Below, one piece after another: positions 23,422 through 36,617 of a stretch of DNA of 64,000 bases. The stretch's first letter is position 1. The number at the start of each line of letters is the position of its first letter. The DNA is from Mobula hypostoma. Lineage: Eukaryota. Under the pieces are notes generated by a model, which saw only the letters and a program-made list of their open reading frames with translations, ran no database searches and was not told the origin of the DNA. A program made the translations under genes and the position numbers. Location: the NCBI RefSeq assembly GCF_963921235.1, contig NC_086106.1, forward strand, positions 25,792,001-25,856,000, given 5' to 3'.

Positions 23422-26295
23422 CAGTGGTCCCCAACCACCGGGCCGCGGACTGCTATCGGGCCGCAAAACATGTGCCACCGGGCCACGGGGAAACTGTATG
23501 ATTTGGTGATATGAAACGATGTGAGTCAGCTGCATCTTTCCTCATTCCCTGTCACGCCCACTATTGAACTTGAACGCACGCGAGGTCACTACTCACGCGA
23601 GGACATCAGTTTGTCATTAACCTGCAACTACTCAATCAGTAAAAAACAAAACGTCGCTTGAGAATTTATTTGAAAGAGATGGTAGGAGACATAAAAGGCC
23701 TAACGATGATGATAACGCAGAGACAACTGAGGCCGAGACTGCGAAAAATAAAAAAAAACAGAAGGGCTTCCTTCAACAGAAAATGCGACGAGTCGTACAT
23801 AAAATATGGCTTTATTGCGACCGGTGACTCACAGGCTCCAAGCTCCCTGTATGTGTTTTATGGAGACATGCTGTATAATGAGGCAATGAAGCCCTCAAAA
23901 CTGCGACGGAACCTTGAGTCCAAGCATCCTGCATTTAAAGACAAAGCCGTTGAGTTTTTTGAGCAGAAGAATCGTAATCAAGCGGAACAGAAGCAAGTAC
24001 TGAGAACCACCACATTCACAAATGCTGCTGCTCTGAAAGAGCAGTAGTTAGCGGCTAGCCGTATTGCTGAGGCTAAGAGGCCATTCCATTGTTGGTTAAG
24101 AATTGATTCTGCCTGCTGCCAAAGATGTGCGGTGAACAGTTGGGAGAAGCTGCAGCTAACAAGATGGCACAGGTTTCTCTTTCGGTTACCACAATTTCAA
24201 GGAGAATCGATGACATAGCGGAGGACATCAAAGCACAACTTTTGGAACGGCTTAACGAGTCTGGTTTCACTACCCGAGTCAAAGAGGTTGCTCCCGAATG
24301 ACAGTCTACACATTCTGTCACACGCAGGGAAATGCTGGCTCGCCGAAAATGTCACCTGACCTTAACAGCGTATTGAGTGACGTTGTTGAAGTTATCAATC
24401 ACATCAAAGCAAAAGCCCTGACCTCACGTCTGTTTGAGCAGCTTTGCGAGGAAATGGATACAGAGCACAAACGCCTTCTCTTACACACTGAAGTCAGCTG
24501 GCTATCAACGGGGAGAACCCTGGCCAGAATTTTCGATATAAAAGGGCAGCTACAGAGATTTCTTTCGAGAAAAAAAGTCACCACTGACAGCACACTTCAG
24601 TGACGAGAAATGGACAGCAAAACTCGTTTATCTGTGTGACATCCTCAACATGCTCAATGAACTCAATTTGTCACTTCAGGGGAAAATGACAACTGTTTGG
24701 AAGTTGACAGATAAAGTGTCTGCTTTCACAGCTAAACCGTAACTGTGGGGACGGCGAGTGGACATGGGCATATTTGACATATTCCCAACATTAGCTGGGA
24801 ATTTGGGAGAGACTGAGGCTCAGAGCTGGTGCGTGAAAACCTATCTTCGCTGTCGACAGAATTCGAACGTTACTTCCCAACCGCAAATGACCCAAGACGT
24901 GTGAAGGAATGGGTCCGTGACCTATTTGTGAATATCCCCGGTGAAACATCTATGTCAGCGTTAGAAGAAGATCAACTCATCGAGCTTCCAAATGACGGTG
25001 GGCTGAAAAGTATGTTTGACATAACATCTCTTCCAGCATTCTGGATTAAAGTCAAGGCTGAGATAGCCACGAAAGCACTGAAAACGTTGCTTCCATTTCG
25101 AACATCATATCTCTGCGATACGTAGATTGCTGCAAGGAATGCAATGGAAACTAAATTGCGGAATAGACTGTACATTAGGAACCCTCTTATAATTGACTTA
25201 TCACTATATTCATCCAAGGAAAATATGCGCTGTGTATTTAATATTAAATTCGTTAGATAAACCGTTTTAGGAAAGAAATTGAGTGATTATATTAGATTAT
25301 TAGATTATGAGGACACGCAGTCCTCTTTTATTGTCATTTAGTAATGCATGCATCAGAAAATAATACAATATTGCTCTGGTGTGATATCACAAAAACACAG
25401 GACAGACCAAGGCGGAAAAAACTAACAAAACCACATAAATATAACATATAATTACAACAGTGCAACAATACCATAACTTGATGAAGAACAGTCCATGAAA
25501 GGGCTGCTTCCATTTCCAACATCATATCTCTTCGATACGGAGTTTTCTGCAAAGAATGCAATGGAAACTAAATTGCAGAATAGACTGGACATAAGGAACC
25601 CTCTTATAATTGATTTATCACTATATTCATGCAAGAAAAATATGCGCTATGTGTTTAATATGGCACAGTAAAAAGAAAAGTTCAAAGTTTCTCGGAAGTC
25701 CGACATCTCACGCCGACGGGAGAAGGCGGAAAACTCCCCTGCCATACCCGGCCACACTCCGACTCTGCGTCGTCCGAAAACTTCCAGCTCTGATCAGCCT
25801 TCCGACATAGAGTATAGAGCACCATCTCTGTGAGAACGTTTCGATCTGAGCCTCGGTCGCCAGCAGCAGGCAAAGCCGGGGATTTTGGGGCCTACCCTTC
25901 GGAGATTCTCGATCGCACGGTAACTACAGCAGCGAACCAGGCATTCCAGAAATTTCTCCAGATGTTCCTCTGCTTCTCACGCCTGTCTTCATCAAATCAG
26001 AATTGTCCACGGTCCCTATTTAACAGATACACTATCATTTTCACCGGAGAGCTGCGCGTGCGCGTCGCGCTGCCATCTTCTCCTCCCGCCTGAACGGATC
26101 AGCCACTGACTGAGCGTATTAGATTGAATGCATTAGCCACTGATAATTGACTTACAGTTGATTTATCACCTATATTCCGGTTCTGATTGACACCCCTCAC
26201 CGCACCCCCCCCCCCCCCCACACTTCAAGGCCAGTCCGCAAGAATATTGTCAATATTAAACCGTTCCGCGGTGCAATAAAGGTTGGGGATCCCTG
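23422..26295 (+). mobile_element. hAT/Buster-family DNA transposon, internally deleted
   Basis: TIRs cagtggtccccaacc / cagggatccccaacc; broken transposase (EAMKPSKLRRNLESKHP, LLHTEVSWLS, LLPF.TSYLC); flanks fit NNNTANNN. Confidence 0.9.
25290..26090 (-). mobile_element. Retroelement 3' tail inserted in Buster (paralog 54035-54655)
   Basis: Begins with an (ATTAG)n tail and ttttattg (AATAAAA on minus); interrupts the Buster 3' region at the same point in both copies. Confidence 0.6.
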
Positions 26296-27740
26296 CTCTA
26301 ACAAACCCAAAATTTGTGAGAGGCGCCGGATCCTTATGGGTTGAGTTAAGAAACTGCAAGGGTTAAGCAACCCTGCTGGCACCTATATACAAGCCTCCCG
26401 ACAGTATGTAGAATGCGGAGCACAGATCACAAGTGGAAATAGAAAAGGCATCTCAAAGGGTAATGTTATGATAGTCATGGGAGATGACAACATGTAGGTT
26501 GATTGCGAAGGTCAGGTTAGATATGGATCTCAAGAGAGTGAGTTTGTTGAATACCTATGAAACGACATTTTAGAGCAGATTGTCCATCACCCCGCAAGGT
26601 GATCAGTTGTACAGCATTGGGTGTTGTGCAATTAACTGGAGATAATTAGTGACCTTATGATAAAAGAACAATTTCAAGGCCGCGATCCCAATATAATTGA
26701 GTTCAACTTGAAATTTGCCAGTGAGAAAATGAATTCTGACGAAGCAGTATATCAGCACAGGAAAGGTAATTTCAATGCTGTGACAGAGGAATTGGCCAAT
26801 GAATTTAGAATGCATGACTTGAAAGGACAGGCTGCAAGGGAGCACAACTGCGCAGTAAGGGTGTGAATTTCTGCGGAAAATGAGAAACGAGTCCGGTAGC
26901 TCTATCCAAAAAAATGAGGAAATACGCATATGGAAAAGTGGTGCACACGTGGCTGACAAGGGGAGTCAAAGCTAATGTAAAAGCAAAACAGGGGGTAAAC
27001 AACTAAGCAAAACTTAGTAGCAAGACAGGGAATCAGGAGGCTTTCAAAATCCTAGAGAAAAACTAAAAGAATCATTAGGAGGAAAAAAGATTATATATGA
27101 GCGCAAACTAGCAAACAATATCAAAGTGGATAAGAAAAAGTTTTTTTCAAGAATGTAAAAAAAAAAGTAAATTGAGAGTGCATATAGAAACCATGAAAAT
27201 GAAGCCGAAGTAATAATGCTGGGAGACATGTTGATGGCAGCTGAACGATATGGGTATTTCCCATTAGGCTTTACTGTGGAAGACCCGAGTAGCGGGTCAG
27301 ACATTGAAGGGTGCAAGGGAAGACATGTGAGTGCAATTACAGTTGCAAGGGTGAAGGTCCTCAAAACGCTGAAGGACAGAAGTATATGTTAGTCATCCGA
27401 ACCAGATGAACTGCCCTCCTTGCGCCCTGAAAGTGGTAGCGGTAGAGATTGCGGAGGCATTAGGAATGATTTTTCAAAATCATTGTTAATGATATAGATG
27501 ATGGAATATATGGCTGTGTTGCGAAGTTTGTAGATGATACAAAGATTGATGGAAGGACAAGTCGTTCTGAGGAAAAATGCAGGCTACAGAAGGACAGAAA
27601 GATGAGGAGAATGGGCAAGAGATTGGCAGATGAAGTACAATGCACCAAAACGCATGTCATGCACATTGGTATAAGAAATAAATGTGCAGACTATTATGTA
27701 AGCGGGAAAAAAAATCCAAAAATCTCTGATGCAAAGAGAA
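26296..27740 (+). mobile_element. Old, degenerate CR1 LINE (continues at 30664-30900)
   Basis: Decayed endonuclease/RT similarity; collinear with 54839-56490, which lacks the younger nested insertion. Confidence 0.75.
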
Positions 27741-27759
27741 TTGGAAAAGGTTGTGAGTG

Positions 27760-30663
27760 GTGGTAAAAATCTTCTGAGGTGCATATATTTCAATGATAGC
27801 GTTTCAATGCTAGGAGTTGAGCCGTGGATTGACACGTGGAAAAATAACGTTATAGCAATTAGTGAAACTTGGCTACCGGAGGGGCAGGACGGGCAGCTTA
27901 ATATTGCAGGGTTCCGATGTTTCAGATGTGATCGAGGCAGAGGAATGAAAGGTGGGGAAGTAGCATTGCTTGTTAGGGGAAATATTACAGCAGTGCTCAG
28001 GCAAGACAGATTAGAGGGCTTGTTTACTGAGTCCTTATGGGTGGAGCTGAGAAACAGGAAGGGTATGGCCACATTAGTGGGATTGTATTACAGACCACCC
28101 AATAGTCAACGAGAATTCGAAGAACAAATCTGCAGAGAGATAGCAGGCAACTGCAGGAAACATAAAGTTGTGGTGATAGGGGATTTTAATTTTCCATATA
28201 TTGATTGGGACTCCCATACTGTTAGGGGTCTAGATGGTTTAGAGTTTGTAAAATGTGTTCAGGAAAGTTTTCTAAATCAATATATAGAGGGACCAACTAG
28301 ATGGGATGCAATATTGGATCTCCTGTTAGGAAACGAATTAGGACAAGTGACGGATGTCTGTGTAGGGGAGCACTTTGGGTCCAATGATCATAACACCATT
28401 AGTTTCAAGTTGATCATGGACAAGGATAGATCTGGTCCTAGGGTTGAGGTTCTTAACTGGAAGAAAGCCAAATTTGAAGAAATGAGAAAGGATCAAAAAA
28501 GCATGGATTGGGACAGGTTGTTCTCTAGCACAGATGTGATCGGTAGGTGGGAAGCCTTCCAAGGAGAAATTTTGAGAGTGCAGAATTTGTATGTTCCTGT
28601 CAGGATTAAAGGCAAAGTGAATAGGAATAAGGAACCTTGGTTCTCAAGGGATATTGCAACTCTGATTTAAAAAAAAAGAGGAGGGAGTTGTATGACATGT
28701 ATAGGAAGCAGTGAGTAAATAAGGTGCTTGAGGAGTATAAGAAGTGCAAGAAAATACTTAAGAAAGAAATCAGGAGGGCTAAAAGAGGACATGAGGTTGC
28801 CTTGGCAGTCAAAGTGAAGGATAATCCAAAGAACTTGTACAGGTGTATTAAGAGCAAAAGAATTGTAAAGGATAAAATTGGTCCTCTTGAAGATCAGAGT
28901 GGTCGGCTAAGTGTGGAACCAAAGGAAATGGGGGAGATCTTAAATATCTTTTTTGTTTCTGTATTTACTAAGGAAACTGGCATGAAGTCTATGGAATTAA
29001 GGGAAACAAGTAGTGAGATCATGGAAACTGTACAGATCGAAAAGGAGGAGGTCCTTGCTGTCATGAGGAAAATTAAAGTGGATAAACCCCGGGACCTGAC
29101 AGGGTGTTCCCTCGGACCTTGAAGGAGACTAGTGTTGAAATTGCAGGGGCCCTGGCAGAAAAATTTAAAATGTCGCTGTCTACAGGTGAGGTGCCGGAGG
29201 ATTGGAGAGTGGCTCATGTTGTTCCGTTGTTTAAAAAAGGATCGAAAATTAATCCGGGAAATTATAGGCCAGTAGATTTAACGTCGGTAGTAGGTACGTT
29301 ATTGGAGGAAGTACTAAGAGACAGAATCTACAAGCATTTGGATAGACAGGGACATATTAGGGAGAGCCAACATGGCTTTGTGCCTGATAGGTCATGTTTG
29401 ACCAATCTATTGGAGTTTTCCGAGGAGGTTACCAGGAATGTGGATGAAGGGAAGGCAGTGGATATTGTCTACATGAACTTCAGTAAGGCCTTTGACAAGG
29501 TCCCGCATGGGAGGTTAGTTAGGAAAATTCAGTCATTAGGTATACATGAAGAGGTGGTAAATTGGATTAGACATTGGCTCAGTGGAAGAAGCCAAAGAGT
29601 GGTAATAGAGAATTGCTTCTCCGAGTGGAGGCCTGTGACTAGTGGTGTGCCACAGCGATCAGTGCTGGGTCCATTGTTATTTGTCATCTATATCAATGAT
29701 CCGGATGATAATATGGTAAATTGGATCAGCAAATTTGCTGATGATACAAAGATTGGAGGTGTAGTAGACAGTGAGGAAGGTTTTCAGAGCCTGCAGAGGG
29801 ACTTGGACCAGCCTGAAAAATGGACTGAAAAACGGCAGATGGAGTTTAATACAGACAAGTGTGAGGTATTGCACGTTGGAAGACAAACTAAGGTAGAACA
29901 TACAGGGTTAATGGTAAGGCACTGAGGAGTGCAGTGGAACAGAGGGATCTGGGAATACTGATACAAAATTCCCTAAAAGTAGCATCAGAGGTAGATAGGG
30001 TTGTAAAGAGAGTTTATGATACATTGGCCTTTATTAATCAAAGTATTAAGTATAAGAGCTGGAATGTTATGATGAGGTTGTATAAGGCATTGGTGAGGCC
30101 GAATCTGGAGTATTGTGTTCAGTTTTGGTCACCAAATTGCAGGAAGCGTATGAATAAGGTTGAAAGAGTGCAGAGAACGTTCTCAAGGATGTTGCAAGGA
30201 CAAGGACTTGATAAACTCAGTTACAGAGAAAGGTTGAATAGGTTAGTACTTTATTCCCTAGAGCGTAGAAGAATGAGGGGAGATTTGATAGAGGTATATA
30301 AAATTATGATGGGTATAGATAGAGTGAATGCAAGCAGGCTTTTTCCACTGAGGCAAGGGGAGAAAAAAAAAGAGGACATGGGTTAAGGGTGAGGGGGGAA
30401 AAGTTTAAAGGGAACATTAGGGGGGGTATCTTCAGACAGAGAGTGGTGGGAGTAATGGAATGAGCTGCCAGACGAGGTGATAAATGCGGGTTCTTTTTTG
30501 ACATTTAAGAATAAATTGGACAGATACATGAATGGGAGGTGTATGGAGGGATATGGTCCGTGTGCAGGTCAGTGGGACTAGGCAGAAAATGGTTCGGCAC
30601 AACCAAGAACGGACAAAAGGCCTGTTTCTGTGTTGTAGTTTCTATGGTTTCTATGGTTTCTAT
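27760..30663 (+). mobile_element. Younger CR1 LINE ORF2 (APE + RT) nested in the old CR1
   Basis: ORF 27729-28670 APE (AISETWL, IGDFNFP, GSNDHN); ORF 29104-29925 RT (QHGF, FSKAFDKVPH, FADDTK); (TTTCTATGG)n tail; frameshifted. Confidence 0.92.
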
Positions 30664-31118
30664 GGATCCAAGTGCAGAACACCCTGACGGTTAACTTGCA
30701 GGTAGAGTCGGTGGTATGGAAGGAAAATACAATGTTACCATTCATTTCAAGATGTCCAGAATACATTGGCTGAGACGTAATGCAGAGGATTTATAAGACA
30801 CGTGAGGCCTCACCTTGAGCATTCTGACAATTTTGGGTTCCTATTCTAAAAAAAGATGTGCTGCCATTGGAAAGGGTTCAGAGGATATTCACATGGATGA
30901 CACAGTCAGTCCCGCAAGCAAAGCAGCTGTCCAACTAACTGAAGAATGTAGTCTGTAATTTCTCCCCTTTCCCCTGGAGTTCCGCCTTCTTAAGTCACTC
31001 ATGTGACAATGGTGACTATGTGTTTGCGCCCCGGCTGTTTTTCGGCAAAGGGCTCCCTCTAGCGAGCGCTCACTGCATCACGGAGGTCCGATTTTTTCCA
31101 GAGCCGTCATCGCCTGTG

Positions 31119-31550
31119 CGTATCATGGCACAGAGATAACTGGCGGAGTCCGACACAAGAGCACCAGAGATGTTCAAATGGGCTGCTTTGCTGCCACGCT
31201 GCCAACCGGCGGTAAACCTCACTGGACATTCTAGATGCCTTTCCATCTTGCCAGTGCTATATACCGTCAGCAAATATCTTGGAGATTCCACGCCATGCTG
31301 AACGTACCAAACAATAGATTGAGGATCTCCAGTGTAATTACAGTTCAGTGTTACAATTTGTTCTTCCGCAATCGATAATTCAAGAGGCCATTGCGTCACC
31401 GAATCTTTTCCATTTTTTCCTGCAATAAAAGAACAGAATGCATGAACAGATCGGGCTTTCTTCGCACATACGGAAGAGATATAGGCCGTTATCGCGGAGA
31501 CTCACCGGGCATCATAGTCAACATAATCAGCAGTAACACAGAGAATTCAT
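31119..31550 (-). pseudogene. TRAV: TCR V pseudogene, family C (open V exon, frameshifted leader, damaged RSS)
   Basis: V exon 31419-31119 is open (DSVTQWPLELSIAEEQIVTLNC...YLCAMI); the leader is 45 nt (MNSLCYC*) vs 46 in the paralog; a 9-bp deletion removes the heptamer end and part of the spacer. Confidence 0.88.
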
Positions 31551-33029
31551 GGTGTCCAGCTTCAAACTCGATCGAAATACAGCTTTCTTTCAACAAGTTA
31601 ATATCCTTTACCGATATTGAAGGCGAAACTCAGATCTGCAGCTTATTTCAGTTTGCGTTGTCCTGCCAATGAATTGATTGGCTGTGAGTACCGATCTGCG
31701 CCGGTCCGAGCACCAATCGCAGATTGGTTTGTTCAGGTTCTCTATATGCTTTTAAAGATCCGACGCCCGGAGCTGTAATTAGCGTCGTGCTAACCACTGT
31801 GCAAGAGTCGTTATACTTCACTCGCTCTCTCTTGCATTCTTCTTCCAATCAGGCTCCCATCCCTATTTCTTTCTCCTCCTGACGTTTTTCGCTCCACTCT
31901 CTGTTCATTGATCACCATCTCTCGCTCTCTCACTTCATTTCTCTTACGTCTCCCTGAGTTATCCACTTTGTCATTCCATCAAACCAAACAGCCCCCTTTC
32001 GCCTCCCATTTCACTCACCATATCAACCGCCCTCCGTTTTCCCTGGATATCACTTCCTCTGCCCACTCGCAAACCGCAATTCACACTCAGACGCATTTAT
32101 CTCCACATCTCTTCCCTCCGGCAAACGGGCGAAACGCCACTGACGCAGACAATAATAAAAACGTCTTCACTCTGGGGACCGGGGAATGCGCGCTGTGTGT
32201 TAGTCTCTTGCCTCTCTACGATTCCGCCTTCTGTCTCCAGGAAAGATTTTGTCGCTTGTGTCTTGTGGACGGACGAGAGTTGGATGAAAAAATTGCAGAT
32301 GCTGAAAATCCAACGCAACTCACAAAACTCTGGAGGAAGTCAGCAGGTCAGGGTAAATATGGGGAAAGTGTAAATAGTCGACGTTTCGGGCCGAGACCCT
32401 TCTTTAGGACTGAGAAGTAAGGGGGGATATGCATAAATTAAAATGTGAAGGAAGATGGAAGAGTCTGACTGAAAGGCTACAGGTTAAAATAACTAGCTGG
32501 GACAGGCCAAGGGCTGTAGAAGAAAGAAACTGATGATCTTATTAAGGCATGATCTTCTTCAATTGCGCAGCAGGTTCGACGGGTCGAATGCAATACTCCA
32601 AGAATTATTTCTTACGGCCTTATATTCTGCCCGTCCACGGCCATTAATTACCTCACATCCTGAGTCACTGAAATTACCCTACTCGTATCTGTAACAAATC
32701 ATGGAGAGCGTTAGTGCCGACGGAACTTAATGACTGTTTATAACACGCGCAAACTGATGAAGAAGAAATTATCCAGATAGAAGAGCCATTAAAATCAGCA
32801 ACAAACACCAGGGTGATACAGAGTCGGAATTAACATCAACAATAGGATTTTTTCAAATTGTGATCCAGGTGAAGGTAATTACGTCATGTCCGGTGCATCA
32901 GAGTCTCGGGGGAGACACGTGCGCTTCCTCTCGAACCGGATTGGTATATTGCCTATGATGTGCCTTCGACTCGAAAGGCGTGTTGGGTCTTGGTCATTTT
33001 CTCTTAGGGTTTCATTTTACCCCTCTGAC

Positions 33030-35295
33030 TTTACATAGAGTAGTAGATGGCTGTTGTGTTTTCTTCATGACAGATGTTGGAGACCTGGGAGATCCAGAGT
33101 CTCCTAGGGAACTACGTCTGCAAGGAATGCATCTGGAAAAGTTCCTTGCAGACCATAGCAGGGATCTGGAGTGACCATCTCAATGACCTTCGGCTTGTAC
33201 GGCAGAGCGAGAAAATAATCGATCGGTGTCATTGGGAAGTAGTCATCGCGAAGCTGTAGGAGGCAAGTGGCTATTGGACTACCAGTAGAAATGGAAATGT
33301 AAATTGACAGTTAGCGCAGCGCAACCCTGTGGTCATTCCTGTCAATAGTAAGAATATTTTTCTGCATACCTATCTGGGGGATGAACTCCCAGGGGCACGC
33401 TAGGGAGATACGGCTACTGCAACGCAGCATGGGACGTGCTGCAGATGGTAAAGAGGAGGAAGAAGGAAGCAGTAGCGATAGGAGACTCAACAATCATGGG
33501 AACAGACAGGAGATTCTGTGGACGTGAGCACAGCACCCTGATGGTATGCTGCCTTCGACATGTCAGTTTCGATTCGCGTCCACGACATTTTAGAGAGGAA
33601 GGAGCAGCATCCAGATGTCATGGTACACATTGGCAACAATCACACACGAAGGAAAAGTAAAGAGATCCTGACAAGGGTATTTGCAAAACAAGGAAGAAGG
33701 CACGAGCTGATGCTGACGGGTACGAGGGATATGCAGTTACTATTACAAGGCTCAAAGCACAGAAAGGGTTAAGTTACTCGTACCAGATGAACTGCAACCT
33801 CAGGTTCTGAAAGAAGTGGTGGTAGAGATTATGGCGATATCATTAATGATCCTTCAAAGTTATCGGTCTGTGGCATGGTGCCAGAGGAATGTAAAATTGG
33901 AAACGTCAGTCCACTCTTTAAGAAAAGAAGAAATTAATGACCTGTTAGCCTGATCTCAGTGGTTGGGAATAGGTTGGATTCAATGGTTAAGGCTGAAGTT
34001 ACGGTCTGTTTGGTGCACAGGACCAGATAGGAGAAAGGCAGCATGGTTTCCTTAAGGAAAAGATTGCCTGACGATCATGTTGGAATTATCGGAGGACACT
34101 ACATGTAAGTCAGATAAAGCGGGTGCAATGGATGTTGTATGTGAGGAGTTTCGTAAGGCCTTTGCCAAGGAGCCAAATATGAGGATGCTTACCAAGTTAA
34201 AAACCTATGGTATTACAGGAAGTTTACTGGCATAGTTAGAGCACTAGCTGTCTGGCAGAAGGTTGCGAATAGCACTAAAATAATCACTCTCCGGTTGGCT
34301 ACCGCTGTCAAATGGTGCTCTGCAGTGTTCCGTGCTGGGACCAATGGTTCTTATGTTGTACATCAATCATTTAAATGATAGAATCCTTCGCTTTGTTGCC
34401 AGGTTTGCAGATGTTTCGAAGACTGAGGAAGGGTCGGGGTGCATTGATAAAATAGGTAATCTGCAGAAGGTCTGAGACAAATGACCAGAATAGGAAAGAA
34501 GTGGTAAATGAAATATAATGTTGGAAAATGCATGGTCATGCACTTTGTTGGAAGAAATAATTGTGCAGACTACTTTCTGAACGTGGACAAAAGGCCAACC
34601 GAAAATGTGCAAAGTTCTAACACAGTTTGGTAGTCCTTGTGCAGAACACTCTAGAGATTAATTTTCTCCCAGAGTCGGCGGTGAGGAAGACAAATACAGT
34701 GTTAGAACTCATTTCAGGGAGTGGAGAATACAAGGGTAGGGATGTGATGCTGACGCTTAAAGGTACTGGTTAGGCCCCACTTTCTGTATTGTGAACAGTT
34801 TTGGGCTCCTCATTGCAGAAAAAATTCCGCTCGCAATGGATGATTCCAATAATGCAAGTGTTATCATACGAGGAAAGTTTGATATTGACGAGTCTCTGTT
34901 CCTTGGCATTTAGAAGGATGAGGGGGATCTCACTGAATCCTTTCTAATATTGAAAGTCCTAGACAGAGTAGATGTGTAAAGGATGTTTCATATGGTGGGA
35001 AAGTCAAGGACAAGAGGGCATAGCTTCAGGCAAGACAACGTCACCTTAATACAGAAATGCGGAGAGATTCCATCAGCGCGAGTGTGGTGAATGTGTTGCA
35101 TTTATTAGCACGGGCAGCTGTGGAGGGCAGGGGATTGGGTGATATGTTTTCAATTGGCCACGGTATCAAAGGTTCCGAAGTGAAGGCCGGGAGTGGGGCT
35201 GAGGAAATGTCAATCGATCAGTCATGTTTTAATGGCGGAGCAGATTCGACGGGCCAAATGCCCTAATACTTCTGCTATGTTTTATGGTCTTATGG
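33030..35295 (+). mobile_element. Degenerate, internally deleted CR1 (paralog 57770-59635)
   Basis: ORF1 esterase remnant (AVAIGDSTIMGTDRRFCG) followed by RT remnants and the 3' tail. Confidence 0.78.
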
Positions 35296-35899
35296 TCTTA
35301 CCCTCTCTTTCAAAATGGGCAAATTGTACCAGACTTTCAATTTTTCGCTCTCGACCCTTGTCGCACGTTTCCTTTTGCTGTATCCTTACCAGGAGATGTC
35401 TCCTTTCCTTCTTTGTCTTCCTCAATCACTCTTATCACCTGTTTCTCTCCTTTCTGACCATTCCCTCAGCCCTGCTCTTTCCGTTTCTCTTTTTTTTTGT
35501 CCTCCACTTTTCTCTCTAACTTCCGTTCACGAAACTGCTACTAGGGGTTCTGGGTGTATTGTAGCTCTTGTCGCCCTGCCCCTTCACCCCCTTGTAGCCT
35601 CTGAGCAGAGAGGTTGTGCTGTCTCATGGCTCCTGAGGACGAGAAGTTGTTCGATGATGAACAGGATGCGGTGGGCCGCGGGTGCCCTTCATTGCATGCG
35701 TCCATTGTACGCAGGATCTGTTCTGTCCAGATCGGCTATCGCACTGAATTAGGGAGGGCTGACCATGCAAATATACATAGCGGAACCCGGCACAAAACCA
35801 TTGAACGTAATTGAATCCAAGTAGTGGCAATTTCATGTTAAACAACCTGAAATCTTCACCGATGAAGCCTGCTACTGGGTTTCACTCTCATAAGTCAAC

Positions 35900-35965
35900 C
35901 ACGTGATTCTCGCAAATATTTGGGTGCGCCACTTCGACTTTTCTAGCACGACTGCCCTCTAGCGA
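35900..35965 (-). promoter_or_regulatory. Orphan E-box + CTCF-like module without adjacent RSS or V
   Basis: CACGTG 35900-35905 and ctgccctctagcga 35952-35965, at the same offset as the V-linked copies. Confidence 0.55.
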
Positions 35966-36591
35966 CGGTTTACTGCATCGCACTTCGCACAGACAGTATG
36001 TACTTTCAACATAAATTCACGTTGAACAATGGCCATTTCTCACAGCCCGGTAATACAACGACCAAAATACTATAAGCATTCTCTGTCACGCTAAACATCC
36101 GCAGGATCTGTCGCATGATCTAAATGCTCAGTATAAATCATGAGTAGCCACTGCAACATCCTTAATTTCAACAGCATGTCACTTGCTGTTATTTGTCAAA
36201 CTCAAAACAACGATCTGCCCACGCTCTGTTTTTCCTTAGTGAACTATTGTCCTACTTAAATATATTGCAGTTTCACTCCGTCCTTATTACTTCTCCGTGC
36301 AGAACCTCGAACAATGTGGCCAAAGGCGAAGTCATACTATGTTGTCAATCGCGATATGCCGTTGCAGCAAAGAGGGTGGGTGAATGCACATTGCCGTATC
36401 CCGGAAATACATTATAAACACACGGTCTGGGCGCGCGTTGTAGTCAAGAACTGTTCTATTACCTTCGGCGCCTTGTGTTGGTGATTGCAGCGCTGTTAAG
36501 TAGGGCACGTGACCACAGCTGTTTTCAGTGTGCGCACTCCCAATTTACCGGCAAAAGACGCCTTCCAGTCAGACCTTTTTGCTTTATACAG

Positions 36592-36617
36592 AACCTATAA
36601 GAAACTGAGGGACACAT
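36592..36617 (-). pseudogene. Orphan family-B leader remnant fused to a family-A 3' flank
   Basis: acctataagaaactgagggacacat matches the leader at 49058-49082; the sequence to its left matches the A flank up to the RSS nonamer position. Confidence 0.7.

Noticed and set aside
23658-25125. Domesticated ZBED5/FAM200-like gene or RAG-related (Transib) transposon
   Set aside because: It has TIRs, 8-bp NNNTANNN flanks, many stops and frameshifts and a deleted catalytic core; this is a decayed hAT/Buster with no Transib/RAG similarity.
31090-31118. 23-RSS apparently converted toward a 12-RSS by deletion
   Set aside because: The resulting spacer is about 14 bp, the heptamer is CACAGGC, the nonamer is degenerate and the leader is frameshifted.
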